Part shown: positions 9,634 through 19,718 of the stretch, one piece after another
How positions within the stretch are numbered: the stretch's first letter is position 1
Layout: each line of letters starts with the position of its first letter
Assembly: GCF_965222475.1 (NCBI RefSeq)
Contig: NZ_CBDCUB010000003.1
Span: forward strand, 83,073 to 147,072
Origin: Candidatus Palauibacter sp.
Lineage (GTDB): Bacteria; Gemmatimonadota; Gemmatimonadetes; Palauibacterales; Palauibacteraceae
Direction of reading: 5' to 3'
Length of the DNA: 64,000 nucleotides
Program-made: the position numbers and the translations under genes
The notes under the pieces: model-generated
Told to the model about the DNA's origin: nothing
Seen by the model: only the letters and a program-made list of their open reading frames with translations
The model's database searches: none

Positions 9634-11022
9634 TCAGCTGTACCCGATCGCGATGGCGATCACCAGCGCCACGGCCCCGAGCCCCATCAGCATGAGGTAG
9701 CGCGGGACGACGAAGCGCAGCCACGCCTCGTAGCGGACGCCGCTCGCCGCCAGGATCGCCATCAGCGCGCCGTTCGTCGGCGTGATCAACTCGCACAGCC
9801 CCGCCCCGTACTGGTAGGCGAGGATCGTGATCTGCCGCGAGAGCCCGAGCAGGTCCGACAGCGGCACGAGCACCGGAAGCGTGAGCACCGCCTGGCCGCT
9901 CACGCTGGGCACGGCGAAGTGCAGCACCCCCTGTGCGGCCGACATGCCGATGGCCGAGAGCGCGAGCGGCAGCTCGGCGAGCGGGACGAACAGCCCGCGC
10001 ACGATCGTGTCGATGATCCGCGCGTCGTCCATGACGACGTAGATCGCGTTGGCGAAGCCGATGAGAAGCGCCGCGTACCCCATCGACTTGAAGCCCTGCG
10101 CATACGCCTCGGCCGTCCCCGTGATGCCCAGCCGCCCGACGATCCCGACCACCACACCCATGACGAAGAAGAGCGCGGACATGTGATCGAAATCCCACCC
10201 CAGCGACAGCAGGCCCCACACGAGGACACCGAAAGTGGAGGCGACGATGCCGAAGATGGTCAAGTCCCTCCATCCCGGCGTGGCCTCCGATCCCGCCGCC
10301 TCCACCGTCTCGGCCTCAACCCGGGTCCGGGCCGCGTAACCCATCGTCCACCAGATCCAGAGACCGAGGGCGATGGCCAGGAAGACCAGTCGGAACCCGC
10401 TGCCCGAAAGCGGCGCCACGTCCGCCACCTCCTGCGCGGTCAGGACCTGGAAGGGATTGATGGGACTGAAGGCGGACCCCACGAAGGCGGAACCCGCGCT
10501 CACGGCGACTCCCACCATGGGCGAGTAGCCGAGGCGCCGGGTGAGCAGCATGAGCGCCGGAACGAGCGGGATGATCTCTTCCTGGAGATTCTCCGTTACA
10601 CCGCCCGCCGCGAAGGCGAGCGAGACCACGGGGATCGCGAGGATCTCGCGGCCCTGCAGCCGCTCGACGAGCCAGGCGATGCCGCGCCGGAGCGCCCCCG
10701 TCGCGTCGAACACCGCGAAGGCCCCGCCGATGAGGAAGATCAGGAACACGACATCGGCGCGGCCCGCCATCCCCCGCGGGATGGCCACGATCGCATCGAA
10801 GACCCCGATGCGGTTGGCTTCGACCTCTTGATAGGTCCCCGGCACGACGATGCTGCGCCCGGTCTCCGGATCGTCCCGCCGGTCGTACTCCCCCGCCGGC
10901 AAGACGTACGACAGCGCTGCAGCCGCGAGAACTACCGCCGTCAGCAGGGTCAGCGGGTGCGGAAAACGCAACCTCCGCACCCGTTGGCCGATCCGTCTGT
11001 GAAACGCCCGTGATGTCGCCAT
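9634..11022 (-). CDS. YfcC/DcuC-family transporter
   Basis: FPHPLTLL, LPAGEYDR, PSVSGQAVLTLP, AYQYGAG and ITPT motifs; multi-TM. Confidence 0.88.
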   Translation of the reverse strand: MATSRAFHRRIGQRVRRLRFPHPLTLLTAVVLAAAALSYVLPAGEYDRRDDPETGRSIVVPGTYQEVEANRIGVFDAIVAIPRGMAGRADVVFLIFLIGGAFAVFDATGALRRGIAWLVERLQGREILAIPVVSLAFAAGGVTENLQEEIIPLVPALMLLTRRLGYSPMVGVAVSAGSAFVGSAFSPINPFQVLTAQEVADVAPLSGSGFRLVFLAIALGLWIWWTMGYAARTRVEAETVEAAGSEATPGWRDLTIFGIVASTFGVLVWGLLSLGWDFDHMSALFFVMGVVVGIVGRLGITGTAEAYAQGFKSMGYAALLIGFANAIYVVMDDARIIDTIVRGLFVPLAELPLALSAIGMSAAQGVLHFAVPSVSGQAVLTLPVLVPLSDLLGLSRQITILAYQYGAGLCELITPTNGALMAILAASGVRYEAWLRFVVPRYLMLMGLGAVALVIAIAIGYS

Positions 11023-11183
11023 GAATCCTGAAGGTGTTCGCTGCCCGCCCCGTCTGACAATCCGAGGCGCGGCGTGCTCCCGGTTCGCACGCGCCGCCGC
11101 TCTGGCTCGGACGGGATCGATCCGGCATCATCCACGCGAACAAAGTCTGCCGCCGCCGCGTGGCGGGATGCCGGGACAATCGC

Positions 11184-11609
11184 ATGGAAGGAAGCAGCCT
11201 GGACACGCTCACGGTTCGCGAACGCAGCGAACTGATGAGCCGAATCCGCTCCAAGGACACCAAGCCGGAAATGAGAGTGCGACGGCTCGTCCACGGTCTG
11301 GGCTACCGTTATCGGCTTCACGCGAAGGACCTTCCCGGCCGCCCCGATCTCGTGTTCCGGCCACGTCGCAAGGTGATCTTCGTGCACGGTTGTTTCTGGC
11401 ACCGGCACGAGGGGTGTTCGAAGAATCGCATTCCGAAGTCGCCCGAGACCCGCGACTTCTGGCGCGACAAGCTCAACGGCAACGCCCGGCGCGACCGCCT
11501 CAACGAAGCCACGCTGCAACGCACCGGCTGGGGAGTGCTCGTCATCTGGGAGTGCGAGACGAAGGACCTCGACCCGCTGGCCAAAAGGGTCAGGGCGTTT
11601 CTGGGATAA
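11184..11609 (+). CDS. vsr: Very short patch repair endonuclease
   Basis: RSELMSRIRSKDTKPE, DLPGRPD, FVHGCFWHRH, VLVIWEC; adjacent to a C5-MTase. Confidence 0.95.
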   Translation: MEGSSLDTLTVRERSELMSRIRSKDTKPEMRVRRLVHGLGYRYRLHAKDLPGRPDLVFRPRRKVIFVHGCFWHRHEGCSKNRIPKSPETRDFWRDKLNGNARRDRLNEATLQRTGWGVLVIWECETKDLDPLAKRVRAFLG

Positions 11610-12199
11610 CCTCTCGGCCCTCGGTGAATGCGTTAAGTCGCGCTTCCGCGTCTGCGTTTTCTCTCGGCTGCAGATTGTCCGCCCACGTGCGGCCCGGGTG
11701 GAGCGTATCCCACCACGAACGTCGACCCGCATGTCTCCCGCTGCCGGGGTCATGCAGCCCAAACCCTTCAATGCAGACGTTCCAGCACGGTTGGTAGTGT
11801 TCGATCAGGAAACGTTCGGCCATCGTGATCCATAGTGGAACGACAACTAGGTGGCGGCACGTGAAGTCCGCGAGGCTGAGATTCTCGGCGGCTTCGAGCG
11901 ACCGTACATGTTCTGCAATGCGGCGGTGGAGCACCGGCGCGGATTCGTCCGGGGCGCTACGGCCCGTTCGAGCGCCCGGGGGCACTGCCTTCCCGACGTA
12001 GATCGGTTGCGTGGCATCGGCGGACCGTAGCGTTGCATAGGGCCCGTAGTCACCGTCGTAGAACAGCGCGTATACGCCGGGTCCGGGGAACCGGTCCGGC
12101 AGGGGCAGACCCACGGGCGGGCGACTCATGAGCTCCCGGACCAGATTGACGGTGAGGTTGCCGTAGTCGAGGGGGATCGTAGACCGCAGGTTCAGCCAT
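11590..12199 (-). CDS. Eco29kI-family GIY-YIG type II restriction endonuclease with an apparent +1 frameshift near the N-terminus
   Basis: GVYALFY and IYVGKA GIY-YIG motifs, GFGLHDPG. Removing one base from the G5 run at 12171-12175 joins ATG 12199 (MAEPAVYDPLDYGNL) to the 11590-12129 ORF; span is 3n+1. Confidence 0.85.
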
Positions 12200-13370
12200 C
12201 GCCCTCATTCAGGCGGGCGGCAACGCTCCGTGCGAGGATCGCGGCGAGCCGCATGGGCACGGCGTTTCCAAGTTGCCTCATGGTCTCGGTCCAACTGCCC
12301 GTAAATCGCCAAGCATCAGGGAACGTCTGCAGCCTGGCCGCCTCTCGCACGGTCAGATAGCGTACGCGCCCGCTCGGGAACGCGATCATGTTCTCGCCGC
12401 CCGGCACGCCGTGGACCCCCGCTTTCAGCGTCTTGGCGGGCAGGTCGAGCGGACTGCCCGTGTGTCCCGGGTAAGCCCTCGCACCCGGCTGCAGCCGGTG
12501 GAACAGCGCGCCGGGCTGCTCTCCGGGCTCCCTCGGCCGCGGCAGGCCCGCGATGGCGTCCCGCAGCGTGGCCCAAGGTTTCTTCTCGGGCGGGAATAGC
12601 GTAGGAAGCCGACCGATGGCGCCGGCCAGACGGGCGGGAGGGTTGGGTGCCTCCAACTCGCGCTCTTCCCAGTATTTCCCCGACACCCACTGGTCGTAGT
12701 GGAGCCGCTCGCGCGAGTGGGTCGGTTCCGGAAAATGCCAGTCGGCATCGAGATCTCGCCGGAAGCCCACGATGAACACGCGTTCTCGAGTCTGCGGTAC
12801 TCCGTAGTCGGCCGCGTTCAGCAGACGACGTACGATTCGGTAGTGAAGCCCGTCGCGGTCGCCGCGCGTATGCACGTCCTCAAGCCGCGCGAGATGATCC
12901 TCCCAAGTGTCGCCAAGGCGCGCGACAACCTCGGGATGCTGAAGCCGCAACTCAATGTAGGAGAGATAGTTCCGGAAAGCGGTACGGGTCAGCCCCTTCA
13001 CGTTCTCGAAGATGAACGCGTCGGGTTGGACCTCGCGGATGGCGCGGATGAACTCCGGAATCATGTCCCGCCCGTCGTCCATCCCCCGGTGTTTGCCGCC
13101 GATACTGAAGGGTTGGCACGGCGGACCGCCCGCGACCAGCCGGACGGGACCGAACGAGGCGTAGTCACAACTGCGGACATCGCCTTCAACGACCGTCCAA
13201 TCCGACACTCCGGTAACGGTGTCGCGTCGGATGTTCTCGCGGAGCGTGGCGCACGCTTCGCGGTTCCAATCCAGCAGCGCCGCATGCCGAAAACCCGCTG
13301 CGTGGGTTCCGAGGGCGAGCCCGCCCGCGCCCGTGAACAGCTCCAGCGCTCGCCGCGCCGACGTCACCAA
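12192..13370 (-). CDS. dcm: DNA (cytosine-5)-methyltransferase
   Basis: ELFTGAGG (I), GGPPCQPFS (IV), FENVKGL (VI), QTRERVF (VIII), TVREAARLQTFP (IX), QLGNAVP (X). Confidence 0.95.
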   Translation of the reverse strand: MVTSARRALELFTGAGGLALGTHAAGFRHAALLDWNREACATLRENIRRDTVTGVSDWTVVEGDVRSCDYASFGPVRLVAGGPPCQPFSIGGKHRGMDDGRDMIPEFIRAIREVQPDAFIFENVKGLTRTAFRNYLSYIELRLQHPEVVARLGDTWEDHLARLEDVHTRGDRDGLHYRIVRRLLNAADYGVPQTRERVFIVGFRRDLDADWHFPEPTHSRERLHYDQWVSGKYWEERELEAPNPPARLAGAIGRLPTLFPPEKKPWATLRDAIAGLPRPREPGEQPGALFHRLQPGARAYPGHTGSPLDLPAKTLKAGVHGVPGGENMIAFPSGRVRYLTVREAARLQTFPDAWRFTGSWTETMRQLGNAVPMRLAAILARSVAARLNEGDG

Positions 13371-13456
13371 CTGCTCCTCCCTCCTTCTCAGCCCAATCCA
13401 CCGTCCTCCCGGAGAATAGCCCTGCCGGTGGCTCGCTGGCGAGCGGTCAGGCGGAG

Positions 13457-13570
13457 CCGTACTTGGTCACCCGTACTTGGTCACATGTTCACCCGTACTT
13501 GGTCACCATGGTCACTGACCATGTCGGGCGCGTTTTGGTTCCCAGTGACTAATCCACGATGTCGACATCG
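13457..13570. repeat. Direct- and inverted-repeat array upstream of the MTase
   Basis: CCGTACTTGGTCAC at 13457, 13471 and 13493; CATGGTCA-C-TGACCATG at 13507-13523; palindrome CGATGTCGACATCG at 13557-13570. Confidence 0.9.
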
Positions 13571-13599
13571 CATCGCTCCTCGTGGGCCCGACGGTGCAG

Positions 13600-14961
13600 T
13601 CACGGAGGAGAGGGCCGGACACGGCAGTCCTCCGACACGACCGGCGTTCCGCCTGCACTCTTGAGCCGCATGCGGAGCACGTAGCTCACATCCAGGGCGT
13701 CGCGGGCGTGCCCATGGACGACGCCGCCCCCGCCTACATCGATGGGATCCACCGTCTCGCCCGCAAACCGGACGGTCGCGACCCTCGCTGACGAGGAGAC
13801 CTCGCCTCGGTAGCGGCCGCAGTTGTCGAACAGATCCCAGATCGGGTCGTCACCCGGATCGTCGCGGTGGCGCAGCACCCACAGCCAGCCCTCGGGCGAC
13901 ACGTCCAGACCCGCCACGAGGGGCTCGAATTCCGACTCGTCGGAATCGTCCGGCGGGGGTGGCGGCGGGTTGCCAAGCTCGACGGTGCGGATCGTGTCTC
14001 CGGCGAACGTGACCTCGTGGAAGCGATAGGCGGCCCTGTTCGCCACCCAGACGGTTTCACCGCCCGCGAACGCCCACACTCGCCGCGGAATAGAGATCTT
14101 GACCATGCCGCCGATCGAAATGTTGGCATCGCTGCTCGCTCGACTCTGCGTCGTGCTCGTGATGATGCGACTGTCGAGCAAGAGCGAGTCCCGTGGCGGC
14201 ACCGGGTTGGAATGCTCGGGGTATATGGGCATGCGCACACCGTACGTGCGGCTGTGCGAAACGGTCTCATCGCCCGCAGTCGTGCGGTCGCTGACGCTAA
14301 CCTGCTGATAGATGAAGCCCGACCCGTCGGCAGCGACGATCGTGCCGCGACGCCGGCCGTCCCGGATCGCGCGGCTGCTGATCGGCATGCCGGGGCCGAA
14401 GGGCTGGCCGACTCGGGTGAGTTCATTGCCGAGGGAATCGAAACTCAGCTGCTGATAGAGGTCGGCGATCCAGAGCCGGTTCGGAGGTTGCCAGATGATA
14501 CGGTACACGGGGGAGAACCCGGAGTAGCGGAACTCGCCGGGTCCCTCTCCGTCGCGGGCCATGTTTCGCAGATGCCGACCCTCGCGGTCGAAGACGCGGA
14601 CCTCCTTCGAACCGTAATCCAGCACGTAGATGTGGCCCTTTTCGTCCACGGCGACGTCGTGCACATCCCCGAAGACTTCAGGTCCGGTCCCGTCCACTTG
14701 GCCGAGCCGGAGTTCCTCGACGAGGCGCCACTCGTCGGGTCCCCCACCACGCCCGGGGCGCGGGTTTGACACGAAGATGCGGCCACCCTCGAGGGTGTCG
14801 ACGCTCACTTCCTGCGGGGAGTGTGGCATCACCGCCCCCAGCGCGGGCGAGGTGTTCGTCACGATCAGGAGAACCGCCGAGGCGCATACCGCGCGACGGA
14901 GACTTCCGTGCGACCCGGAGGAGATGCTGGCAGACCCCTTGAACTGTCTCAGGACCATCAT
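13600..14961 (-). CDS. Secreted 6-bladed beta-propeller (NHL-like) protein
   Basis: DVAVDEKGHIYVLD and RDGEGPGEF motifs. Start ATG 14961 overlaps the upstream stop codon; the 1004-aa ORF call is over-extended. Confidence 0.8.
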   Translation of the reverse strand: MMVLRQFKGSASISSGSHGSLRRAVCASAVLLIVTNTSPALGAVMPHSPQEVSVDTLEGGRIFVSNPRPGRGGGPDEWRLVEELRLGQVDGTGPEVFGDVHDVAVDEKGHIYVLDYGSKEVRVFDREGRHLRNMARDGEGPGEFRYSGFSPVYRIIWQPPNRLWIADLYQQLSFDSLGNELTRVGQPFGPGMPISSRAIRDGRRRGTIVAADGSGFIYQQVSVSDRTTAGDETVSHSRTYGVRMPIYPEHSNPVPPRDSLLLDSRIITSTTQSRASSDANISIGGMVKISIPRRVWAFAGGETVWVANRAAYRFHEVTFAGDTIRTVELGNPPPPPPDDSDESEFEPLVAGLDVSPEGWLWVLRHRDDPGDDPIWDLFDNCGRYRGEVSSSARVATVRFAGETVDPIDVGGGGVVHGHARDALDVSYVLRMRLKSAGGTPVVSEDCRVRPSPP

Positions 14962-17951
14962 CTTCCAGTGGCGCCGCGCTCGCCTGAGACGCCGCCTTCT
15001 TCGGACACCGGCTTGCCGATGAGTTCGAGGCCGAGGTCGCGGCCCTTCACGACGGCCGGGACGCCCTCCGCCATCCAGCGCGGGGCCGGGGCATCGACCA
15101 GGTAGTGGTCGAAGAACTGCTGCATGCGGATCGCCCAGTCCTCCTGGTTCGGCTGGCGTCCGAGGCCGTGGCCCTCGCCGTTGTAGTTGAGCATGAACAC
15201 GGGCAGCTCCAGCCGCCGCATGGCGACGAACATCTCGATCCCCTGGTACCACGGCACGGCGCCGTCCTCGTCGTTGTGGAGCATGAGGAGCGGCGTCTGG
15301 ATCTTGTCCGCGAAGAAGAGGGGCGAGTTGTGGACGTAACGGTCGCGCTCGTCCCACAGCGTGCCCCCGATGCGGCTCTGCGTGCGCTCGTACTGAAACA
15401 TGCGGCTCATGCCGCTCTGCCAGCGGATGCCCCCGTAGGCGCTCGTCATGTTGGACACCGGCGCCCCGGCCTCCGCCGCGGCGAAGATGTTCGTCTTCGT
15501 GATCATGTAGGCGATCTGGTAGCCGCCCCACGAGTGGCCCTGCACTCCGACGCGGTCCGGATCGATGAAGCCCTGTTCGATCAGCGACAGCACGCCGGGC
15601 ACGACGGCATCGAGCGCGCTCTCGCCGGGATACCCGATCTCGTACGGGATGTCCGGGATGAACACGACGTAGCCGCGGCTTGCGTAGAAGGAAAAGCGTA
15701 CGGAGGCCCGGTTCGGCAGCGGCGTCTGGTAACTGTGCAGTCCGTCCGACATGCGCTCGTAGAAGTAGACCATCAGGGGATACCGCCGTGACGGGTCGAA
15801 GCCGTCCGGCTTGATCAGGATCCCGTCGAGCGGCGTGCGGTCGTTCGACATCCAGTGGACGAGTTCGGCGCTCCCCCAGCGGTAGTCCGCCTGCTGCGGG
15901 TTCGCGTCGGTCAGCCTGCGGGCGTTCTCGAAGTCGGCGTCGCCGACCCACACGTCGGGGAACTCGACAAACGTCTGGCGCGTCCACACGTAGCGGTCCG
16001 CGTCCTCGGCCTTCGCCGGCGACCCGTAGCGTACGTCGCCCATGATCAGTTCCTCGACCCGACCCGCCTCGTCCGTCCGGCCGCGGGCGTAGCCGGAGGC
16101 CTTCGTGCCGAGATCGAAGACGGAGAAGAGAACCTCTCCTTCCTCGAGGCCCTCGCCGGCCCCGCCTCCACCGCCGAAGCCGAAGAAGTTGCCGCCACCG
16201 CCCTCCGAGACTCGCTGGACGCGGTACCGGAGGTCGGCTCCCCTGCCGTCGGTGAGACGTACGGCGGCTTCCTCGCCGCTGGGGTCGACGCGCCACACAT
16301 CGTTCCGATCGTACACGAGCATGGCCGCATCCCCCTCGACCCACATCGCGCCGCCGTAGGGCGGCGGTCCCTGCGGGTGATCGTCGAGTTCGTTGTAGAA
16401 CGCGACCGGCAGGTGACCCGTGAGGCTGCGCGCGGGCGCGCTCCCGTTCATGGGCGCCGCCTTCCAGTCGCGCTCCGCCTCGTCCCACCAGTAGGCATAG
16501 CTGCCATCGGGCGAGAGGCTGGCGCCGCCGAAGCCACGGACCCGCCCCACGACCATCCGCCGCTCCCCGGTCACCACGTCGACGGCGTACGCATCCTCGT
16601 ACCGGCCGTCCCACGAGATCTCCTGCCGGTGCGGCATGTCGGTCGTGGCCAGGACGTAATCGCTCATGCCCGTCTCGGTCCGCTCCACCTCGGGAACGTT
16701 CGCGGTGCCCAGCTGCACGACGCCGTCGCGACCTTCGTGCACGACGGCCAGATAGGACCGGTTCCGCTCACGGTTCGCCTGCACGAGCTGCATCGGCTGC
16801 AGGTAGTCGTCCCGCCAGTTCCAGATGTCGACGTTCACGCGGTCGTCATCCAGGATCTCATCGTCCGGTTCCGGCTCGGGGCGCGGCGCCGTGCCGAAGA
16901 ACACCCGCTCGCCGTCCTCACCGATCGAGACCGCGCCGTTCTCGCTCACCCACCAGCCATCGGGCACGCCGCTCGTCTCCCGATCGGCCAGGCGCGCGAG
17001 CGACCCGCCCTCGAAGCGATACAGGGCGAAGGAGGGCTGGTCCATCTCCCACTCGTCGCGGTTGCTCAGGAAGGCGAACCGCTCGCCCGACTCATCGAAG
17101 GCGAGCTGCGCGTAGCGGCCTTCGCCGGAGAGCACTTCCACGCCCTCTCCGCTCGCCGGATCCACGAGGTGGACGCCGTCTCCGCCCTCGTCCTCGGTCG
17201 ACGTCACATACGCGACGCCCGTACCCGAGTCCGCGACTTCGTAGGCCACGACGTCAGCGAAGGTGTGCTCCGACCCCGTATCGAGACTCATGAGGACGAG
17301 GGGCGTCCCGTCGTCCTTCTCATGCCGCTTCTCGTACTCGGCGGAGCGCTCCTCTTCCTCTTCTCCCTCCGCCTCTTCCTCACCCTCCTCGGCTTCGGGC
17401 TCGGCGTCCTCTTCCTCGTCTTCTTCAGCCTCGGGGTTCTCGGAGAGGAGATAGGCCACGAAGGCGCCCCCATCCTCCGGAATCCGGAAGGACTCGATGG
17501 GACCGGCGCGCGTGACTCCGGTGTCATCGCCCTCGGCTCCGAAGGCCGCGGCCAGCGTCACGACGGCGAGCGAGTCGCCCGGGAGGTCGTCCCCGCTCTT
17601 CCCTTCCAGCCGGAGCGAATCGACGACCGCCTGCAGCGGCGGGACGCGGAACGCGAGATGACGGGAGTCCCGCGTGAAGGAGGGGCTACTGCCGCGGAAG
17701 CGGCGCTCGGCCGAGCCGTCGGTGCGCGTGATCACCAGCGTGGGGTCGCCATCCCAGGGCTGGAGCGCGTAGGCCAGCCACTCGCCGTCCGCAGAGATCG
17801 TGCGCCCGCCGATCGAGTTCCAGCGGTAGGTGTCTTCATGGTCCAGCGCGGGCTTCGTCTCCTGCGCGGCCAGAGCACCAGGCGCCAGGGCGACGCCGGC
17901 CAGGGCGACCGAGGCGAGAGCGGTCGCGAAGTTACGAGAGGTCGAGGACAT
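14958..17951 (-). CDS. S9-family (prolyl oligopeptidase/acylaminoacyl) peptidase, secreted
   Basis: GHSWGG nucleophile, HNDEDGAVP Asp, GEGHGL His; signal peptide from MSSTSRNF with GGAGG RBS. Confidence 0.92.
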   Translation of the reverse strand: MSSTSRNFATALASVALAGVALAPGALAAQETKPALDHEDTYRWNSIGGRTISADGEWLAYALQPWDGDPTLVITRTDGSAERRFRGSSPSFTRDSRHLAFRVPPLQAVVDSLRLEGKSGDDLPGDSLAVVTLAAAFGAEGDDTGVTRAGPIESFRIPEDGGAFVAYLLSENPEAEEDEEEDAEPEAEEGEEEAEGEEEEERSAEYEKRHEKDDGTPLVLMSLDTGSEHTFADVVAYEVADSGTGVAYVTSTEDEGGDGVHLVDPASGEGVEVLSGEGRYAQLAFDESGERFAFLSNRDEWEMDQPSFALYRFEGGSLARLADRETSGVPDGWWVSENGAVSIGEDGERVFFGTAPRPEPEPDDEILDDDRVNVDIWNWRDDYLQPMQLVQANRERNRSYLAVVHEGRDGVVQLGTANVPEVERTETGMSDYVLATTDMPHRQEISWDGRYEDAYAVDVVTGERRMVVGRVRGFGGASLSPDGSYAYWWDEAERDWKAAPMNGSAPARSLTGHLPVAFYNELDDHPQGPPPYGGAMWVEGDAAMLVYDRNDVWRVDPSGEEAAVRLTDGRGADLRYRVQRVSEGGGGNFFGFGGGGGAGEGLEEGEVLFSVFDLGTKASGYARGRTDEAGRVEELIMGDVRYGSPAKAEDADRYVWTRQTFVEFPDVWVGDADFENARRLTDANPQQADYRWGSAELVHWMSNDRTPLDGILIKPDGFDPSRRYPLMVYFYERMSDGLHSYQTPLPNRASVRFSFYASRGYVVFIPDIPYEIGYPGESALDAVVPGVLSLIEQGFIDPDRVGVQGHSWGGYQIAYMITKTNIFAAAEAGAPVSNMTSAYGGIRWQSGMSRMFQYERTQSRIGGTLWDERDRYVHNSPLFFADKIQTPLLMLHNDEDGAVPWYQGIEMFVAMRRLELPVFMLNYNGEGHGLGRQPNQEDWAIRMQQFFDHYLVDAPAPRWMAEGVPAVVKGRDLGLELIGKPVSEEGGVSGERGATGR

Positions 17952-18016
17952 CCGGCCCTCCTGTGTCGGGGTGTGTTGTTCGGTGCGGGTCGCGCCCCTC
18001 GGCGTACCGGTGCTGC

Positions 18017-19546
18017 TCATCGCTTGAAGTAGACCGGTTCGGTCGGCAGGGCGTCGGCGTCGATGAGGTTTCCGGCGGCCATGACCACCGACTGTCTCCG
18101 GATGTTCGTGATGTCGGCCAGCGGATCGGCGTCGAGCACGAGGAGGTCGGCCAGCTTGCCGACTTCGATCGTCCCGAACTCGTCGAGCGCGCCGGACGCG
18201 ATGGCTCCGTTGCGGGTCCCGGCCACGATCGCGTCCCCGGGGGTCATGCCCATCTCCACGAGGCCTTCGATCGCGAGCAGTGTCCCGATGCCGGGCTCCT
18301 GCCATATCGGCTTGGGCGTGCGGCCGTATTCCGGCGCGACCCCCGCGTAGTTGTCGGTCCCCAGCGAGGTGATGCAGCCGCCGTCGATGAGTTTCTTCGC
18401 GTTCAGGCGCCTCATCTCGTTGCCGTGGCCCACGGCGCGCTGTTCACGGCGGATCCGGTAGCTCGTCTTCTCCCGCTCGGCGGGACGCCGCAGCCGCCCC
18501 CACTCCCGCGCCCGGGCTCCCTCCGCCTCGCGCGCGAGGCGCTCCTCCGCGGCCTTCCTGTTCGCGAGGTGGTTCTCCCAGGCGGGACCCGTGAAGGTGT
18601 TCACCAGCATCGAGCACACGATGCCGCGGTCCACGATCTGCTTCACGAGGGCGTCGGAAATCTCCCGGCTGGCGAGGACCTCGGGGTGCTGGATGAGGTC
18701 GATCCCGGCCTCGACGGAGAGCCGGAGCCCCTCGGGGTTCGTGGAATGCGTCTCGGCGATGAGGCCGCGCGCGTGCGTCTCCTCCACGATCACGCGCTGT
18801 GCTTCGGGAGAGAAGCCGATGAGGGTGGGGAACGACCAGTGACTCGTCCCGCCGTACTTGAGAAAGTCCACGCCCTTGTCGAGGTACTCGCGGATCCTCG
18901 TCCGCAGTTCCTCCGGGTAGAGGTCCATCAGATCCTCGCCCGCCCCCTGCGCGATGTGATCGGAGAACTGCTCCTCGTAGAGCGAGAGGTCGTCCTCGGG
19001 AATGAGCGCGAAAGTGATCGAGTAGGGGCCGCCCCAGCCGACGATGTTGCCGGCCACCTGAAGCCGCGGCCCGACCGCCTCGCCCGCAGCGATGGCCTCG
19101 CGCACCTGCTGGAGTTCGGGCAGCGCGCCGTAACTGTCCCGGAGGTGGGTGACGCCGAACTTGAGGTGCATCTGCGCGGCCTCGAGGGTGAGTTCGGGAC
19201 CCATCGTCCGGTAGAAGACCGAGCTTTCCTTCCGGTCCTTGTTGCCGCCCCCGTAGAGCGAGATGTGGACGTTGGTGTCGACGAAGCCGGGTGTGACGAA
19301 CTTGCCGGCCCCGTCGATCACCTGCGCGCCCGGGGGCACTTCTACCTCCGCGCGGGGACCGACGGCGGTGATGCGGTCGCCCTCCACCACGACGGTCGCA
19401 TCGGCCATGGGGGAGCCGCCGTTCCCGTCGATGAGGGTCGCGCCCACGATCGCGGTGGCCTGGGCTCCGACCTCCCCCGGCCCCGCGAGGATTACGGCGA
19501 GAGCGAACAACGGCAGGGCAAAAACGCGGCGGATGTGGCGGGACAT
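18017..19546 (-). CDS. Secreted amidohydrolase-family protein (NxH variant)
   Basis: PGFVDTNVH, DFLKY, ETH, IQHPE, LGTD, GKLADLLVL motifs; GGAGG RBS before 19546. Confidence 0.88.
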   Translation of the reverse strand: MSRHIRRVFALPLFALAVILAGPGEVGAQATAIVGATLIDGNGGSPMADATVVVEGDRITAVGPRAEVEVPPGAQVIDGAGKFVTPGFVDTNVHISLYGGGNKDRKESSVFYRTMGPELTLEAAQMHLKFGVTHLRDSYGALPELQQVREAIAAGEAVGPRLQVAGNIVGWGGPYSITFALIPEDDLSLYEEQFSDHIAQGAGEDLMDLYPEELRTRIREYLDKGVDFLKYGGTSHWSFPTLIGFSPEAQRVIVEETHARGLIAETHSTNPEGLRLSVEAGIDLIQHPEVLASREISDALVKQIVDRGIVCSMLVNTFTGPAWENHLANRKAAEERLAREAEGARAREWGRLRRPAEREKTSYRIRREQRAVGHGNEMRRLNAKKLIDGGCITSLGTDNYAGVAPEYGRTPKPIWQEPGIGTLLAIEGLVEMGMTPGDAIVAGTRNGAIASGALDEFGTIEVGKLADLLVLDADPLADITNIRRQSVVMAAGNLIDADALPTEPVYFKR

Positions 19547-19718
19547 GGCGTACCTCCAGTCTCTTCGGCCTGCACCTCCGCTCAGACTAACAGATTGTTC
19601 GGGTCCCGAGTAGCCGCGCGCGCGAATCCGCGCTAGGCTATGCGGGATGTACGCGGTCGGTGCGGGTGCCCCGAGGGCCGCGCCGGGGGCGCGAATCACC
19701 AGCTATGAGAGACGATGA

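Noticed and set aside
13457-13523. 14-bp repeats as a mini-CRISPR or plasmid origin
   Set aside because: Units are too short, there are no unique spacers, and no rep gene or AT-rich unwinding region is nearby.
13600-16614. 1004-aa ORF as a single protein
   Set aside because: The first ~550 aa are an off-frame shadow of the S9 peptidase; the real gene starts at 14961.
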